From IMG/VR virus record IMGVR_UViG_2775507096_000001, positions 34,757 through 98,756 of that record: DNA of 64,000 nt. One strand, written 5' to 3'. Both the position numbers and the translations under genes were made by a program. Below are positions 54,748 through 64,000 of the stretch, piece by piece (the stretch's first letter is position 1; every line of letters begins with the position of its first letter). The notes beneath the pieces are model-generated. The model was given only the letters and a program-made list of their open reading frames with translations. It did no database searches and was not told where the DNA came from. The stretch is from a virus (taxonomy: Duplodnaviria; Caudoviricetes).

Positions 54748-55986
54748 GTGGAATTCCCCGAAGAACTGAGCATGGGCGAGCGCATCCGGGCACTGAGGGA
54801 ATCGCGCGGCATGTCCCGCGCCGTCCTCGCCGGCATGTGCAACCGCGGCTCTGACTGGCTCAAGAAGATCGAAACAGGCGAGCGCGAACTCAACTCGCAC
54901 ACCCTGTTGCTGAAGCTGGCGACGGCGCTTGCCGTTTCGGACCTGTCCGTCATCACCGGCAACGCGACCGACGTCGCGGCGACGGTCCCGACCGGGCGGC
55001 TCAACCATCCCGCACTACCGGGCATCTGGGATGCGGTCATGACCCGACCGCTCGTCTTCCGGACGCCGTCGACGCCGCCGGACCCGGCGCAGCTTCAGGG
55101 CCGCGTGGATCAGTCCTGGCAACTGTGGCACTCCAGCGAGCACAACAGGACTGAAGTCGGGGCGCTGCTGCCTGGGCTGATCCGGGACGCGGAGACGACC
55201 GTGCGAGTGCTCGACGGCGAGCAGCGGCGCGCGGCGCTCGTCGCCCTGTCGGACGTTTACCGGCTGACCGGGCAGGCAACGGCGTACATTGCGCCGGCTG
55301 AACTCGCGTGGGTCGTCGCCGACCGGGCGCTGACGGCAGCGCAGGACGCCGACGACCCGGCCGCGATCGCCGCCTCGGCGTGGAACATGGGCAACATCTT
55401 GCGTGAGACCTCGTACCCCGAGGAAGCGCTGCGTGTCGTGGTGGAAGCGAGCGACCTGATCCGCCCGCATCTGGAGTCGGCGCCCGACGACTGGCGTGGC
55501 ATCTACGGCGCGCTTCAGTTGCACGCGGCGGTGACGCACGCCCGTGAGGGCGCCGAGGGTGACGCGTGGCGCTGCTGGGAGAGGGGCCACCAGGTGGCGA
55601 AGTCGCTGCCGGTGTCGTACGTGCACCCGTCGACGGTCTTCGGCCGGGCCAACGTCGACTTCCACCAGGTCAGCGTGCACACCGACCTGAAGAAGGCGCA
55701 GAAGGCCCTCGGGCTCGCCGACGAGATCGACCCCGATGTAATGCCGTCGACCGAGCGGCGGGCCCGGCTGTGGGTTGAGGTCGCGCGGGGCCACCTCCAG
55801 CGCGGTGACCGGACGGCGGCGTTGATGGTGATGCAACTCGCCTACGAGACTGGCGCGGAGACGGTTCGGTTCACCCCGGCGGCCCGGTCCGTGGCGGCGG
55901 ACCTGTGGCGGAAGGCGCCACGTGCGCTGAGGCCGCAGGCGGCGAAGCTCGCCGCGCAGGTCGGTGTCGTCGCTGACGCCGGATAG
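54748..55986 (+). CDS. XRE-family HTH regulator with helical C-terminal domain (candidate repressor)
   Basis: GERIRALRESRGMSRAVLAG..WLKKIETGER; TPR-like remainder. Confidence 0.88.
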   Translation: MEFPEELSMGERIRALRESRGMSRAVLAGMCNRGSDWLKKIETGERELNSHTLLLKLATALAVSDLSVITGNATDVAATVPTGRLNHPALPGIWDAVMTRPLVFRTPSTPPDPAQLQGRVDQSWQLWHSSEHNRTEVGALLPGLIRDAETTVRVLDGEQRRAALVALSDVYRLTGQATAYIAPAELAWVVADRALTAAQDADDPAAIAASAWNMGNILRETSYPEEALRVVVEASDLIRPHLESAPDDWRGIYGALQLHAAVTHAREGAEGDAWRCWERGHQVAKSLPVSYVHPSTVFGRANVDFHQVSVHTDLKKAQKALGLADEIDPDVMPSTERRARLWVEVARGHLQRGDRTAALMVMQLAYETGAETVRFTPAARSVAADLWRKAPRALRPQAAKLAAQVGVVADAG

Positions 55987-56283
55987 AGCACACCGACGGC
56001 CGTTTCGTGCAGTCGCATTCCGCCATTGTTCCGGTCTGTCGCAGGGCGGGGCGGAGGCGGCCACGGGGCGGCCGTTGGCATATGCGGAAGTCGGCGACCT
56101 GCTGAGGACTGATGCAGGGGGCGCGTGCTGGCTGGTCACGCGCCGGGGGAGTAGCGGTCACTGACGGTGTCTGAAACGAAGGGGGCCAAACTGTGACCGG
56201 GGCCCAGTGCGGCCCCGTTACCGATCAGTAGACGCCCTACGGTGACGGACCTCGCACCGTCCGTATGTCACCGGAGGTCAATC

Positions 56284-56520
56284 GTGGACACGCCCTCTGC
56301 CCCCTGGCACGCGTCCCCCCGGCGCGACGCCGCGCCGTACAGCGACGCCCAGACCGGCGAGGTCCGGATCCCGCTGACGCTGTTCAGCGTCGACGAGCGC
56401 ATAAGGGACGTCGACCTCGTGCTGTCGCGGACGGAGGGCGAGACGTTCTTCGAGCAGCTCCGCCCCGCGCTGACGGCGTCCATCGAGAGCGCGGTTCGCC
56501 GGCCGGAGGTCGTGAAGTGA
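56284..56520 (+). CDS. Hypothetical protein (78 aa)
   Basis: CGGAGG RBS; GTGA coupling to the next gene. Confidence 0.65.
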   Translation: MDTPSAPWHASPRRDAAPYSDAQTGEVRIPLTLFSVDERIRDVDLVLSRTEGETFFEQLRPALTASIESAVRRPEVVK

Positions 56521-57137
56521 CCGAGGTCGACGAGATGTTCCCCGGCAAGACGGAAGACGCCGGGGCCCTCATCAAGCGCGAGATGCACGAGCTGGCCGAG
56601 CGGCCCGAACCGCGGGTCGTCACCCGGCTGGAGCGCGAGGCGGCCGTCCGCTCGTGGCTGCTGCTGTCGGCCGCCAGCGCCGACACCTCGCGTATCGACT
56701 GGGACGAGAACGGTATTGCTCTGCTGCGCTGCGGCGCCCTCTTCTCCACGGTGCGCATGTCCGCCGAGCTGGTCGAAGCGGCGGCCGGCTCTAACGAGCC
56801 CGAGAAGGTACGCGACGTCCTGACGGCCGCGCTGTTCGGCGGCCCCGTCTTCGTCGACACGCACAGTGGCCGGTACTACGCACTGGTTCCGGCGAGCACC
56901 GCGAACCGGGCCGAGTGGCGCGAGCGGAGGCACGCGCCGCATGCAGAGATCCGAGGGCGCGACAGCTACGTCGGCGTACCCCGGCCCGGACTGGACGAGC
57001 CGCACCCCGGCCACTTCAGCTACTGGTCTGTGCCGATGCACGGCCCTGCGGACCTGTGCGACCCGGAAGCCGTCTCGCAGTTTGTCGCCCACGGGCGGCA
57101 CCGGCTCACCACGCGGGAGGCCGTAAGTGGGCACTGA
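56517..57137 (+). CDS. Conserved actinobacterial hypothetical protein (possibly degenerate PrimPol-like)
   Basis: ALLRCG.LF..VR, GGPVFVD, YYALVP, YVGVP motifs. Confidence 0.65.
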   Translation: MTEVDEMFPGKTEDAGALIKREMHELAERPEPRVVTRLEREAAVRSWLLLSAASADTSRIDWDENGIALLRCGALFSTVRMSAELVEAAAGSNEPEKVRDVLTAALFGGPVFVDTHSGRYYALVPASTANRAEWRERRHAPHAEIRGRDSYVGVPRPGLDEPHPGHFSYWSVPMHGPADLCDPEAVSQFVAHGRHRLTTREAVSGH

Positions 57138-57543
57138 GAAGGCCGAACCGGGCAGCGAGCAGGCTGTGAAGGCGGCGTGTCACCGCGTGCTGTGGGACAT
57201 GAGGCCCTTCGGCGCCGACGAGGCGCGGGAGCTGCTGGCGGAGCTCGACGAGCACGTACGGGCGCTCAGCCCGCAGGTATCCGCGCTCGTTCCGGAACTG
57301 GGCGGCGAGGACCGTGAGACGGCCCTCCTCGTGCTGCGGCACGTTGACAGGGTGCTGCACCCGGACGCGTCGTTGACGGACGGGCAATTGCGGCTGCACG
57401 AACTCGCGGTCGTCGCGCGGGCGCTGAGCGAGCTGATCGTCCTCGGACGTCGGCGGGTCCGCGGGGAGCGGCCGGCCGGCGGGGACGCCGAGAACGGCTC
57501 GGCCGATGCTGCGGGCTGGCTCGCCGCCGGGGCGGGGACCTGA
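57127..57543 (+). CDS. Helical hypothetical protein (DUF6415-like)
   Basis: L..HV..L.P.V ... LA...RAL pattern; GGGAGG RBS. Confidence 0.6.
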   Translation: MGTEKAEPGSEQAVKAACHRVLWDMRPFGADEARELLAELDEHVRALSPQVSALVPELGGEDRETALLVLRHVDRVLHPDASLTDGQLRLHELAVVARALSELIVLGRRRVRGERPAGGDAENGSADAAGWLAAGAGT

Positions 57544-57545
57544 CC

Positions 57546-57740
57546 GTGGAACGGTCGTGGGTCATCGGGGACTGCTGGCTCGGCTGCGGGCGGACCGGCG
57601 TCCGGGTGCTCTGGCTGGGGCCGGTCCAATGGGACGGGTACACCGCGCCGTTCATGTCGTGCGCGTCGTGCCTGGCCCGGCTCATGGCCCAGGCCCGCGC
57701 CTACTGGCTCAGCCGGCTGCGTATCGCGGCCGGGGCATGA
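57546..57740 (+). CDS. Small Cys-rich protein (64 aa)
   Basis: GDCWLGC.R..V.VLWLGPV..AP..SCASC. Confidence 0.68.
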   Translation: MERSWVIGDCWLGCGRTGVRVLWLGPVQWDGYTAPFMSCASCLARLMAQARAYWLSRLRIAAGA

Positions 57741-58021
57741 AGACCCCCGCACGGGGCTTGGCGGCGACCTGCCCCGTGCGGGACGGCGGCCCGGCCCGTC
57801 CGCTAAACCCCCGAGGTGGATGGGCCGGGGCCGTCGGCTCTGCCGGTGTCGCTCTCAGGTTGGGCGATCCTCACGTGGGGGGAGACGAGCCAATGACCGG
57901 CAGAGGGCCCGTGCGGCGAAGCCGAGTCGCGAATACCTACGGCCCGCGTCGGCTGCCTCTCCGGTCCGATCCCGGACACGGGCACACCCCCCCTTCGTTT
58001 TGCTACTCAGGAGAGAACTTC

Positions 58022-58753
58022 GTGAACGCGCCCACCGATGCTGTGCCGCCGGTCCCGCTGCGGCCGGCCGCTCCCTTGCAGCCGATCCTCAGGCGCGCCC
58101 TGGAGGAGGCGGATTTCGCAGCGGACGTCGCAGTCGACGGTCACTCCCTGCTGGTGTCCGTCCTGACCATCCGGGTGCCGTGGTGTCCGACGACAGCTGA
58201 GGCCGCCCAGGAGTGGATGCGAACGGCCGGTGTGCAGGGCGACGCCACGTGGGATGAAGGGGGCATCGTCGTCCTCCACCTCCATGAGGCGCCCGCGGTA
58301 TACCAGTTCATGACGGTGCTGGAGCCGCAGATCAGCGCGCACAAGATCGCCGCCGGGCTCAGGCGCGTACTGGGCGAACTCGGCGTGGACAGCGTGACGG
58401 ACGCGAGCCGGGACGTCATCGACGTGCGGCTCGGCGGTGACGACCTGAGCGCGGTGGTGGTTCTCGCGGAGCGGTTCGGCGCTCCCCATATCGCTAAGGG
58501 CTTGGAGCTGGGGCGGTCCCGTGGTCTGCGACGTCTCGCCGAGCGGTTCCGGTACCTCCTCACGGGCGTCGTGGGCTCCCTGGTCGACGACGTCTACGAG
58601 CCGGGGTGCGCCCACGAAGGGGAGAGCCTGACCCTGTACCTGTCCCCGGCGCAGGCGGGCCGTCTCCTCCAGCGTCTGAACCGCAACGTCCTCGACGGCT
58701 CCAGGCCGGCCGATGTGAGGCGGCTCGTCGTGCACTCGGGGGAGGGCTCGTGA
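58022..58753 (+). CDS. Hypothetical protein (243 aa)
   Basis: AGGAG RBS before GTG 58022. Confidence 0.68.
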   Translation: MNAPTDAVPPVPLRPAAPLQPILRRALEEADFAADVAVDGHSLLVSVLTIRVPWCPTTAEAAQEWMRTAGVQGDATWDEGGIVVLHLHEAPAVYQFMTVLEPQISAHKIAAGLRRVLGELGVDSVTDASRDVIDVRLGGDDLSAVVVLAERFGAPHIAKGLELGRSRGLRRLAERFRYLLTGVVGSLVDDVYEPGCAHEGESLTLYLSPAQAGRLLQRLNRNVLDGSRPADVRRLVVHSGEGS

Positions 58754-59166
58754 AGCATCGCCCCACCCTGCGCGTGGAAGTGCGGGAGCCGGACCGGCGA
58801 GATGAATGGGAGCTGTCCTGGTACCGGGAGCGGCTCGCTGACCCGACCCTGCTCGACTACGCGGTGGTGATCGTGGTCGACGGCACCGGATACCTGGTAG
58901 TGCCGCGCTGCGGACGGCGCCGCGGCGGCTATGTGAGCGCCAACGACGCGGAGGTCATCTGGCATCTGTGCGACCAGCTCCGCGCGCTGCCGCGCTTCCC
59001 GGACGTCCGAGTGCGCTGGTCGACGGACCCGGACGTCTGCCATGCCGTCGAGTGGGGCGACCCAGTGCCCAACACCCCCGATGACCGTGTGCGCGGCAAG
59101 TTCTACGGCTACAGCGACGAGGCGATCGCCGAGTACGCGGAGGAGGTGGACGGCCGTGAGCAGTGA
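58750..59166 (+). CDS. DUF6302-like hypothetical protein
   Basis: YRERLADP.L...YLVVP...RRGGY...VEWG...FYGY. Confidence 0.62.
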   Translation: MKHRPTLRVEVREPDRRDEWELSWYRERLADPTLLDYAVVIVVDGTGYLVVPRCGRRRGGYVSANDAEVIWHLCDQLRALPRFPDVRVRWSTDPDVCHAVEWGDPVPNTPDDRVRGKFYGYSDEAIAEYAEEVDGREQ

Positions 59167-59356
59167 GCCGGGCGAGACCGGGCGGGACGACGCCGGGCAG
59201 GCGCAGGCGACCGACCGGCCGGTGTGCGCCTTCCACCGGCTGTTCGACCAGTTCGTTGAACTCGACGGCGCCGGCCGGTGCTGGCGGTGCCTCTGTGCGC
59301 CGACGGAAGAGGACAACGACCCCGATGAGGACGAGGGTGAGGACTGCGGCAAATGA
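59156..59356 (+). CDS. Small acidic Cys-containing protein
   Basis: GGAGG RBS; CAFH...CWRC. Confidence 0.5.
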   Translation: MSSEPGETGRDDAGQAQATDRPVCAFHRLFDQFVELDGAGRCWRCLCAPTEEDNDPDEDEGEDCGK

Positions 59357-59463
59357 ACGAGCCTCTCCCCGCCACATAGACCCCTGCCCGGCGGCCGGGA
59401 TGCCACTGAGCCCCGGCTGTCGGGCAGGCACCATGCACCACCCAACCGATGAAGGGAAGTGCA

Positions 59464-60042
59464 ATGACCCAGTTCGAGATGCCCGCCGTGGACGCCGTCG
59501 CCGGCGCCGCGCGGGAGATCCTGGACACCATCAAGAGCGACCGCGAGTTCCCGGCGTTCCGGGCCGCCAGCCTGGAGTACTCGGAGGATTGGCAGTGTTT
59601 CACGGGTTTCCCCGTCGTCGAGCGGTGGAACCTGGAGGCGGACTCGGCGCCGCTGTTCGAGGAGGGCCTGCGGGCCCTGGCGCTCAAGGCCGCCGTCTGG
59701 GGCGCCACCGGCGACGACCAGGCGGCTGAAATCCCGATCGCCGTCCCGGTCGACGAGATGACGCACGCGATGCTGGCCCAGTCGCAGCTTCTCGCGCGGA
59801 TCGCCGCCCGCTCCGGGGTCAGCATCATCCACCAGACCGACCAGGAGCACACCGACTACCGCGCGGGCGGGTACACCCACGACTGCTACCGCGCGGCGTG
59901 GGGCGAGCCGCCGGCCCGGTACTGGCTCGACCACGAGGAAGTCGTCAGGCGCCGCGACGTGCTGGCCGGGCTGTACCAGAGCATCGGCATGGGCCGGTCC
60001 GGGCGCGAGCACGGCATCACCTTCGCCCCGGCCGCGGCCTAG
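59464..60042 (+). CDS. DUF1399/glycine-rich-domain-like protein (divergent)
   Basis: VDEMTHAML...IIH...T..CY..AWGEPP..YW. Confidence 0.6.
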   Translation: MTQFEMPAVDAVAGAAREILDTIKSDREFPAFRAASLEYSEDWQCFTGFPVVERWNLEADSAPLFEEGLRALALKAAVWGATGDDQAAEIPIAVPVDEMTHAMLAQSQLLARIAARSGVSIIHQTDQEHTDYRAGGYTHDCYRAAWGEPPARYWLDHEEVVRRRDVLAGLYQSIGMGRSGREHGITFAPAAA

Positions 60043-60446
60043 CCGAGCGCGGCGCGCAGAACGGCCGTGATGTCGGTCTCCGGGTCTGCGGCGAGCAGGA
60101 TGTCCGTCGCCTGACGGATCACGTCGTCGCAGGCTTCGGGCGGGGCCGCGTCCAGCGCTGCGCGTACCCAGGCGGGGACCTCGCCGGCCTGGACCGGCGG
60201 CGGGGTCTCCCAGGGCAGCGGCAGGCCGTTCGTCGCGTACGGAGCGGCGGGCAGCCCGACGCGCTCGGGATGCACGCATACGGGGACGCCGGCGGAGGTG
60301 AACCGGTGGCCGGTAGCGGGGTCGAAAGGGCAGTCTCGTGAGGGGCGCTCGACGACGTCGAACCGGCCGCCGGGCAGGCGTAGGGACGGGCATACGCCAC
60401 ACACCGGCCGGCCGTCCCGCGCGAACGGTTCGCCCTGCTCCGCCAT
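60039..60446 (-). CDS. Hypothetical protein on the opposite strand
   Basis: CGVCP..RPSRDCPFDP.TG.R..PVCVHP. Confidence 0.65.
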   Translation of the reverse strand: MAEQGEPFARDGRPVCGVCPSLRLPGGRFDVVERPSRDCPFDPATGHRFTSAGVPVCVHPERVGLPAAPYATNGLPLPWETPPPVQAGEVPAWVRAALDAAPPEACDDVIRQATDILLAADPETDITAVLRAALG

Positions 60447-60623
60447 CCCCGCATCGCCTCCCGTCACTTGCTGGTTAGCACGGTAGCCGACATGGGCCAG
60501 TCGCTCCCTCTCCCAGAAGACCCCTCAGAGACCCCCGCCCCGGAACCGGGACCTGGACAGTCGAGCCCCGGGGCGGGTCGCACCACCAAGCACGGCACCG
60601 ACGAACCCGACGAAGGGAAGGTC

Positions 60624-61124
60624 ATGACCGTCACGCTGGAACAGCCCGCGAGCACGACGACGCGGGACCCGAAGGAACTGCTCAACGCGGTCGCACCGCA
60701 CATCACCGAGCTGACCGTGAACGTGTTCGACTCCGGGATGTCCCTCTGGGACCGTGAGATCGCGCTGCTGCTGCGCGACCACACGATGGTCCGGGACATG
60801 GCCGAACGGATCCTCGGCAACGCCGTCATGTACGTCATGGGTTCCATCGAGAACCCGGACGTCCACCTCGGCGTCGGCAAGCTCGTCGACATCGGCGTGC
60901 ACCAGCTCATCCTCGACACGCCCGTCTGGTGGGGCATCTGCCGCCTGTACAACGGCGGCCGGTTCAAGCACCACGCCCCGTTCATCGAGCGCCGACGCGA
61001 CGGGCTGTGCCTGCGCACCGGGGAGTTCCTGCGGTCCCAGGGCTGGCCGATCGACGAGGAGCTGTGGGCCATCGACGGCACGGACTGCTCGCCGTGTGAC
61101 GACAAGGTCCCCGACAGCCACTGA
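60624..61124 (+). CDS. DUF1399/glycine-rich-domain-like protein
   Basis: VDIGVHQLILDT..W..IC..G.F.HH.P...IDEELW..C..C. Confidence 0.7.
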   Translation: MTVTLEQPASTTTRDPKELLNAVAPHITELTVNVFDSGMSLWDREIALLLRDHTMVRDMAERILGNAVMYVMGSIENPDVHLGVGKLVDIGVHQLILDTPVWWGICRLYNGGRFKHHAPFIERRRDGLCLRTGEFLRSQGWPIDEELWAIDGTDCSPCDDKVPDSH

Positions 61125-61201
61125 CCCCGCTACAGTCGCCCCCGTCCTCGCTACCGCCCGGAGGGCGGGGGCCCCGCCCACTCGAACCAGAGGAACTCGC
61201 T

Positions 61202-61861
61202 GTGCCCGTACCCCACGACATCGAGGCAGAGACCGAACTGTGGGACACCTTCGCGGAGTCCGCCTTCAAGGACGATGCGGAACCCAGCTTCTGCTGGACC
61301 CAGTACGCCGGGCACGGCCCCGGCCCCGAGCTGCTCGGCAACCCGCGCAGCGTGCTGGAGATCGGTTGCGGCACCGGCCGCGCCCTCGCCTTCCTCGCCC
61401 GCAGCGGTGTTGAGGCTCACGGCGTCGACCTGTCCCCGGTCATGGTGAAGAAGTGCAGCGAGCGCTGGGCGGACACCGGCGCCACCTTCGACTGCGGTGA
61501 GGTACTGGAGTGGCTCGCCGACTGCCAGACCACCTATGACGCGGTGTACTCCATCTTCGGCGCGGCCTGGTTCACCGATCCGTCCCGGCTGTTTCCCCTG
61601 GTGGCGGCGCGTCTGAATCCCGGCGGGGTGTTCGTCTTCTCCCAGCCGCCGGCCATCCCCGGCGCGTACGGCCCGCAGGGCATGTACAAGGGCGGGTTCG
61701 CGGGCAAGGCGATGTTCACCTACCGATACAGCTACAAGCCCGCCGTGTGGGAGCGTCACCTGCGTCGGGCTGGATTTACGTCGGTGGAGGCCGACGTGGT
61801 CGACGCACCGACGCCTGGGCACATTGGCACGTTGCTCGTCCGGGCCTGGTCCGCCGCCTGA
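61202..61861 (+). CDS. Class I SAM-dependent methyltransferase (small molecule/protein type)
   Basis: VLEIGCGTG, GVDLS, YDAVYS, LNPGGVFVF. Confidence 0.88.
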   Translation: MPVPHDIEAETELWDTFAESAFKDDAEPSFCWTQYAGHGPGPELLGNPRSVLEIGCGTGRALAFLARSGVEAHGVDLSPVMVKKCSERWADTGATFDCGEVLEWLADCQTTYDAVYSIFGAAWFTDPSRLFPLVAARLNPGGVFVFSQPPAIPGAYGPQGMYKGGFAGKAMFTYRYSYKPAVWERHLRRAGFTSVEADVVDAPTPGHIGTLLVRAWSAA

Positions 61862-61876
61862 CGGTGGGACGGCACT

Positions 61877-61913
61877 GGCCCCGGCCGCCCGCTGCTGCGT
61901 GGGCGCCGGGGCC
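61877..61913. terminator. Hairpin between convergent methyltransferase and excisionase genes
   Basis: GGCCCCGGC.GCCC...GGGCGCCGGGGCC. Confidence 0.55.
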
Positions 61914-61927
61914 GTCGTGTGCTCGGC

Positions 61928-62164
61928 TCAGGCGGCGTCGTCTGCGGGCGCGGTGACCTGGAGCACGCGGCGGAGGTCGGCGGTCACGACGCGGTAGGCG
62001 CGGCCCGCCGGGATCACCTGGCAGGGGAACTGCCCCTTGCGGACGAGCTGGTACGCGAGGGTGCGGCCGATACCGAAGGCCCGAGCTGCGGTCTCGACGT
62101 CGATGGTCGGAGGCAGGTCGAGCAGGTCGGCTGTGGTGAGGGCCTGGACGTCGGTTGCGGTCAC
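61928..62164 (-). CDS. xis: Excisionase / recombination directionality factor (HTH)
   Basis: LPPTIDVETAARAFGIGRTLAYQLVRKGQFP; divergent from the integrase. Confidence 0.78.
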   Translation of the reverse strand: MTATDVQALTTADLLDLPPTIDVETAARAFGIGRTLAYQLVRKGQFPCQVIPAGRAYRVVTADLRRVLQVTAPADDAA

Positions 62165-62371
62165 TGCGTGGCTCCCGTGGTCTCCTACTGCGTACTGCGC
62201 ATCACTGCGCGGAGTACTGCGCACGGTACGGCATGAGTTGTCACGGCACAACACGGCAGTTACGTTGACCTATCCGACGAGATCGCGCGGCACGGCTGTG
62301 GCCGGCCGCTCGTCGGCGTGGACGCATATCGGCCCCCGGTGGCGATCGCTGCGGGCCACAGGGGAGGGACC

Positions 62372-64000
62372 ATGCCCGGAGCCAGACGGGCCGGCAGTAT
62401 CACGAAGAGGTGCGAGTGCCGAGGCGAGGACGGGAAGCGACTCGGACAGAGCTGCCCCGCCTTGCGGAAGCGGTCGCACGGCACTTACCAGCTGCGGCAG
62501 GAACTGCCGGCTGCCGCCGACGGCACGCGCCGCATCTTCCGTCGCACCGGGTACACAGCGGTCGGTGACGCGCAGTCGGACCTCGACAAGCTGCGCGCGA
62601 TCCTCGACTTGATCGGCGACGACGAGCACTACGGCCACCAGATCAGCGACCTGCTCGCCAAGGTGCAGAGCGACCGCGCGGACATCCCTGACGCCGGCGA
62701 GGTGAAGCGGCGCCTGGCCGGTGGCGTCGCGCTCAGCAGCGATATGACGGTCGGCGAGTGGCTCGACGCCTGGCTCGCGGCCAAGAAGACGAAGCGCCGC
62801 ACGACGTCCAGCTATGAGTCGCATATCCGCGTGCACCTGCGGCCGGGGCTGGGGCACTACCGCCTGGACCGGCTGAACATCGGCCACGTGCAGGCGTTTT
62901 TCGACGGCATCGACGAGCGCAACGAGGTGATCCGAGCCGAGAACACGGCGCGCCGCGAGCAGGAAGCACGCTGCAAGTGGGGGAAGCCCGGGGCGCCGCC
63001 GCCGGACGTCTCGGCGCGACTGGCGGTCGAGCGGGAGAAGCTCGCGGCGATGCCGCCGTATCGGTACATCACGGGGCCGGCGACGAAGCAGCGGATCAGG
63101 GCGACGCTGCGAGCCGCGCTGAACGGCGCGATCCGACGGCAGTTGATCACGTTCAACCCGGCGCAGTGGGTGGAGCTCGACTCGGGCAAGCGGCCCAAGG
63201 CCCGGCTGTGGACGGCGCAGAACGTCGAGTACTGGCGGCGTACGGGCGAGAAGCCGTCACCGGTCATGGTGTGGACTCCCGAGCAGCTCGGTCACTTCCT
63301 GGACGAAGCCGAGCCGTCCAGGTTGTACGCCTTCTTCCACCTGATCGCGTTCCGCGGACTGCGCCGCGGCGAGGGCGTGGGTCAAGACTGGCTGCACGTC
63401 GACCTCGACGCCGGGCTCATCACCCCGGCGAAGAACTTGATCGTGGACAACTGGGAGGTCTTCGAGGACGCCCCGAAGACCGAGGAGTCGGCGTCGACTA
63501 TCGCGCTCGACTCGCTGAATGTCGAGGTTCTGCGCGAGCACCGGCAGCGGCAGCTTGCCGAGCGCGACGAGTGGAACCGGCGCGCCGCAGAGCAGCGCGC
63601 GGCTGGAAAGGACGTCCCGGACTGGCAGGACACAGGGAAGGTGTTCACCGACATCGACGGGTCGTGGCTGCACCCGGAGAAGGTCAGCGACGAGTTCCGT
63701 CGGATCGTGGCGCGCGCCGGGCTGCCGCCCATCAACCTGCGCGACCTGCGCCACCTCGCGGCGACGCTCGTGCACGCCGGCGGTGGCGACATCTTCGCCG
63801 TGCAGAAGACGCTTCGGCACGCCTCGGGGCAGCTGACGTCGGACACGTACACCGAGCTACTGGAAGACGTCGACCGGGACATCGCGGAGAAGGCCGCCGG
63901 TCTGGTGCCGCGCGCCCGGCGCAGCGCTGAGAGTGCGCCCGCCGGGCAGGACCAGGACGAGGCCGCCGACGATGGCGACGAGCCCGGCGAGGCGGCGTAA
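62372..64000 (+). CDS. int: Tyrosine recombinase / phage integrase
   Basis: GGGAGG RBS; GLRRGE (R), PKT (K), LRDLRH (HxxR variant), LRHAS..T.DTY (H, catalytic Y); TAA at the window end. Confidence 0.93.
   Translation: MPGARRAGSITKRCECRGEDGKRLGQSCPALRKRSHGTYQLRQELPAAADGTRRIFRRTGYTAVGDAQSDLDKLRAILDLIGDDEHYGHQISDLLAKVQSDRADIPDAGEVKRRLAGGVALSSDMTVGEWLDAWLAAKKTKRRTTSSYESHIRVHLRPGLGHYRLDRLNIGHVQAFFDGIDERNEVIRAENTARREQEARCKWGKPGAPPPDVSARLAVEREKLAAMPPYRYITGPATKQRIRATLRAALNGAIRRQLITFNPAQWVELDSGKRPKARLWTAQNVEYWRRTGEKPSPVMVWTPEQLGHFLDEAEPSRLYAFFHLIAFRGLRRGEGVGQDWLHVDLDAGLITPAKNLIVDNWEVFEDAPKTEESASTIALDSLNVEVLREHRQRQLAERDEWNRRAAEQRAAGKDVPDWQDTGKVFTDIDGSWLHPEKVSDEFRRIVARAGLPPINLRDLRHLAATLVHAGGGDIFAVQKTLRHASGQLTSDTYTELLEDVDRDIAEKAAGLVPRARRSAESAPAGQDQDEAADDGDEPGEAA

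Larger units (their letters stand above)
1..64000 (+). mobile_element. Temperate siphovirus-like prophage (actinobacterial, Streptomyces-like); left end and att sites not visible in the window
   Basis: Packaging-head-tail-lysis gene order is complete, with XRE regulator, excisionase and tyrosine integrase. No host housekeeping genes seen. Confidence 0.93.

Overview
About 64 kb of a temperate, integrase-carrying siphovirus-type prophage with very high GC and Streptomyces-like codon usage. Almost every gene is on the + strand. Order: (1-10 kb) early/accessory genes, including an N6-adenine and a C5-cytosine DNA methyltransferase, punctuated by repeated promoter/operator and hairpin-RBS modules; (10-11 kb) PadR plus a membrane protein; (11.1-13.6 kb) an atypical tRNA-Gly(UCC), then a methyltransferase-fold/GNAT-like fusion and a ParB/Srx-like protein coupled to the terminase genes; (14-28 kb) terminase, morons, portal, a MuF-2H phosphoesterase-protease fusion and two capsid proteins; (28-40 kb) Cys/Thr-rich repeat surface proteins, a GT4 glycosyltransferase, the major tail protein and a Stealth-like phosphotransferase; (40-52 kb) head-tail, tail chaperone, tape measure and minor tail genes; (52-53.6 kb) lysis; (54-64 kb) XRE regulator, accessory genes, excisionase and tyrosine integrase, which ends at the window edge. 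Best candidate for a new system: a dedicated, probably non-ribosomal tRNA-Gly supplying a phage DNA-hypermodification enzyme. Other leads are a disulfide-rich virion with a CxxC membrane protein, virion glycosylation, a virion-linked 2H phosphoesterase and a conserved late-gene leader motif. All family calls come from motifs recognised by eye; no database searches were run.
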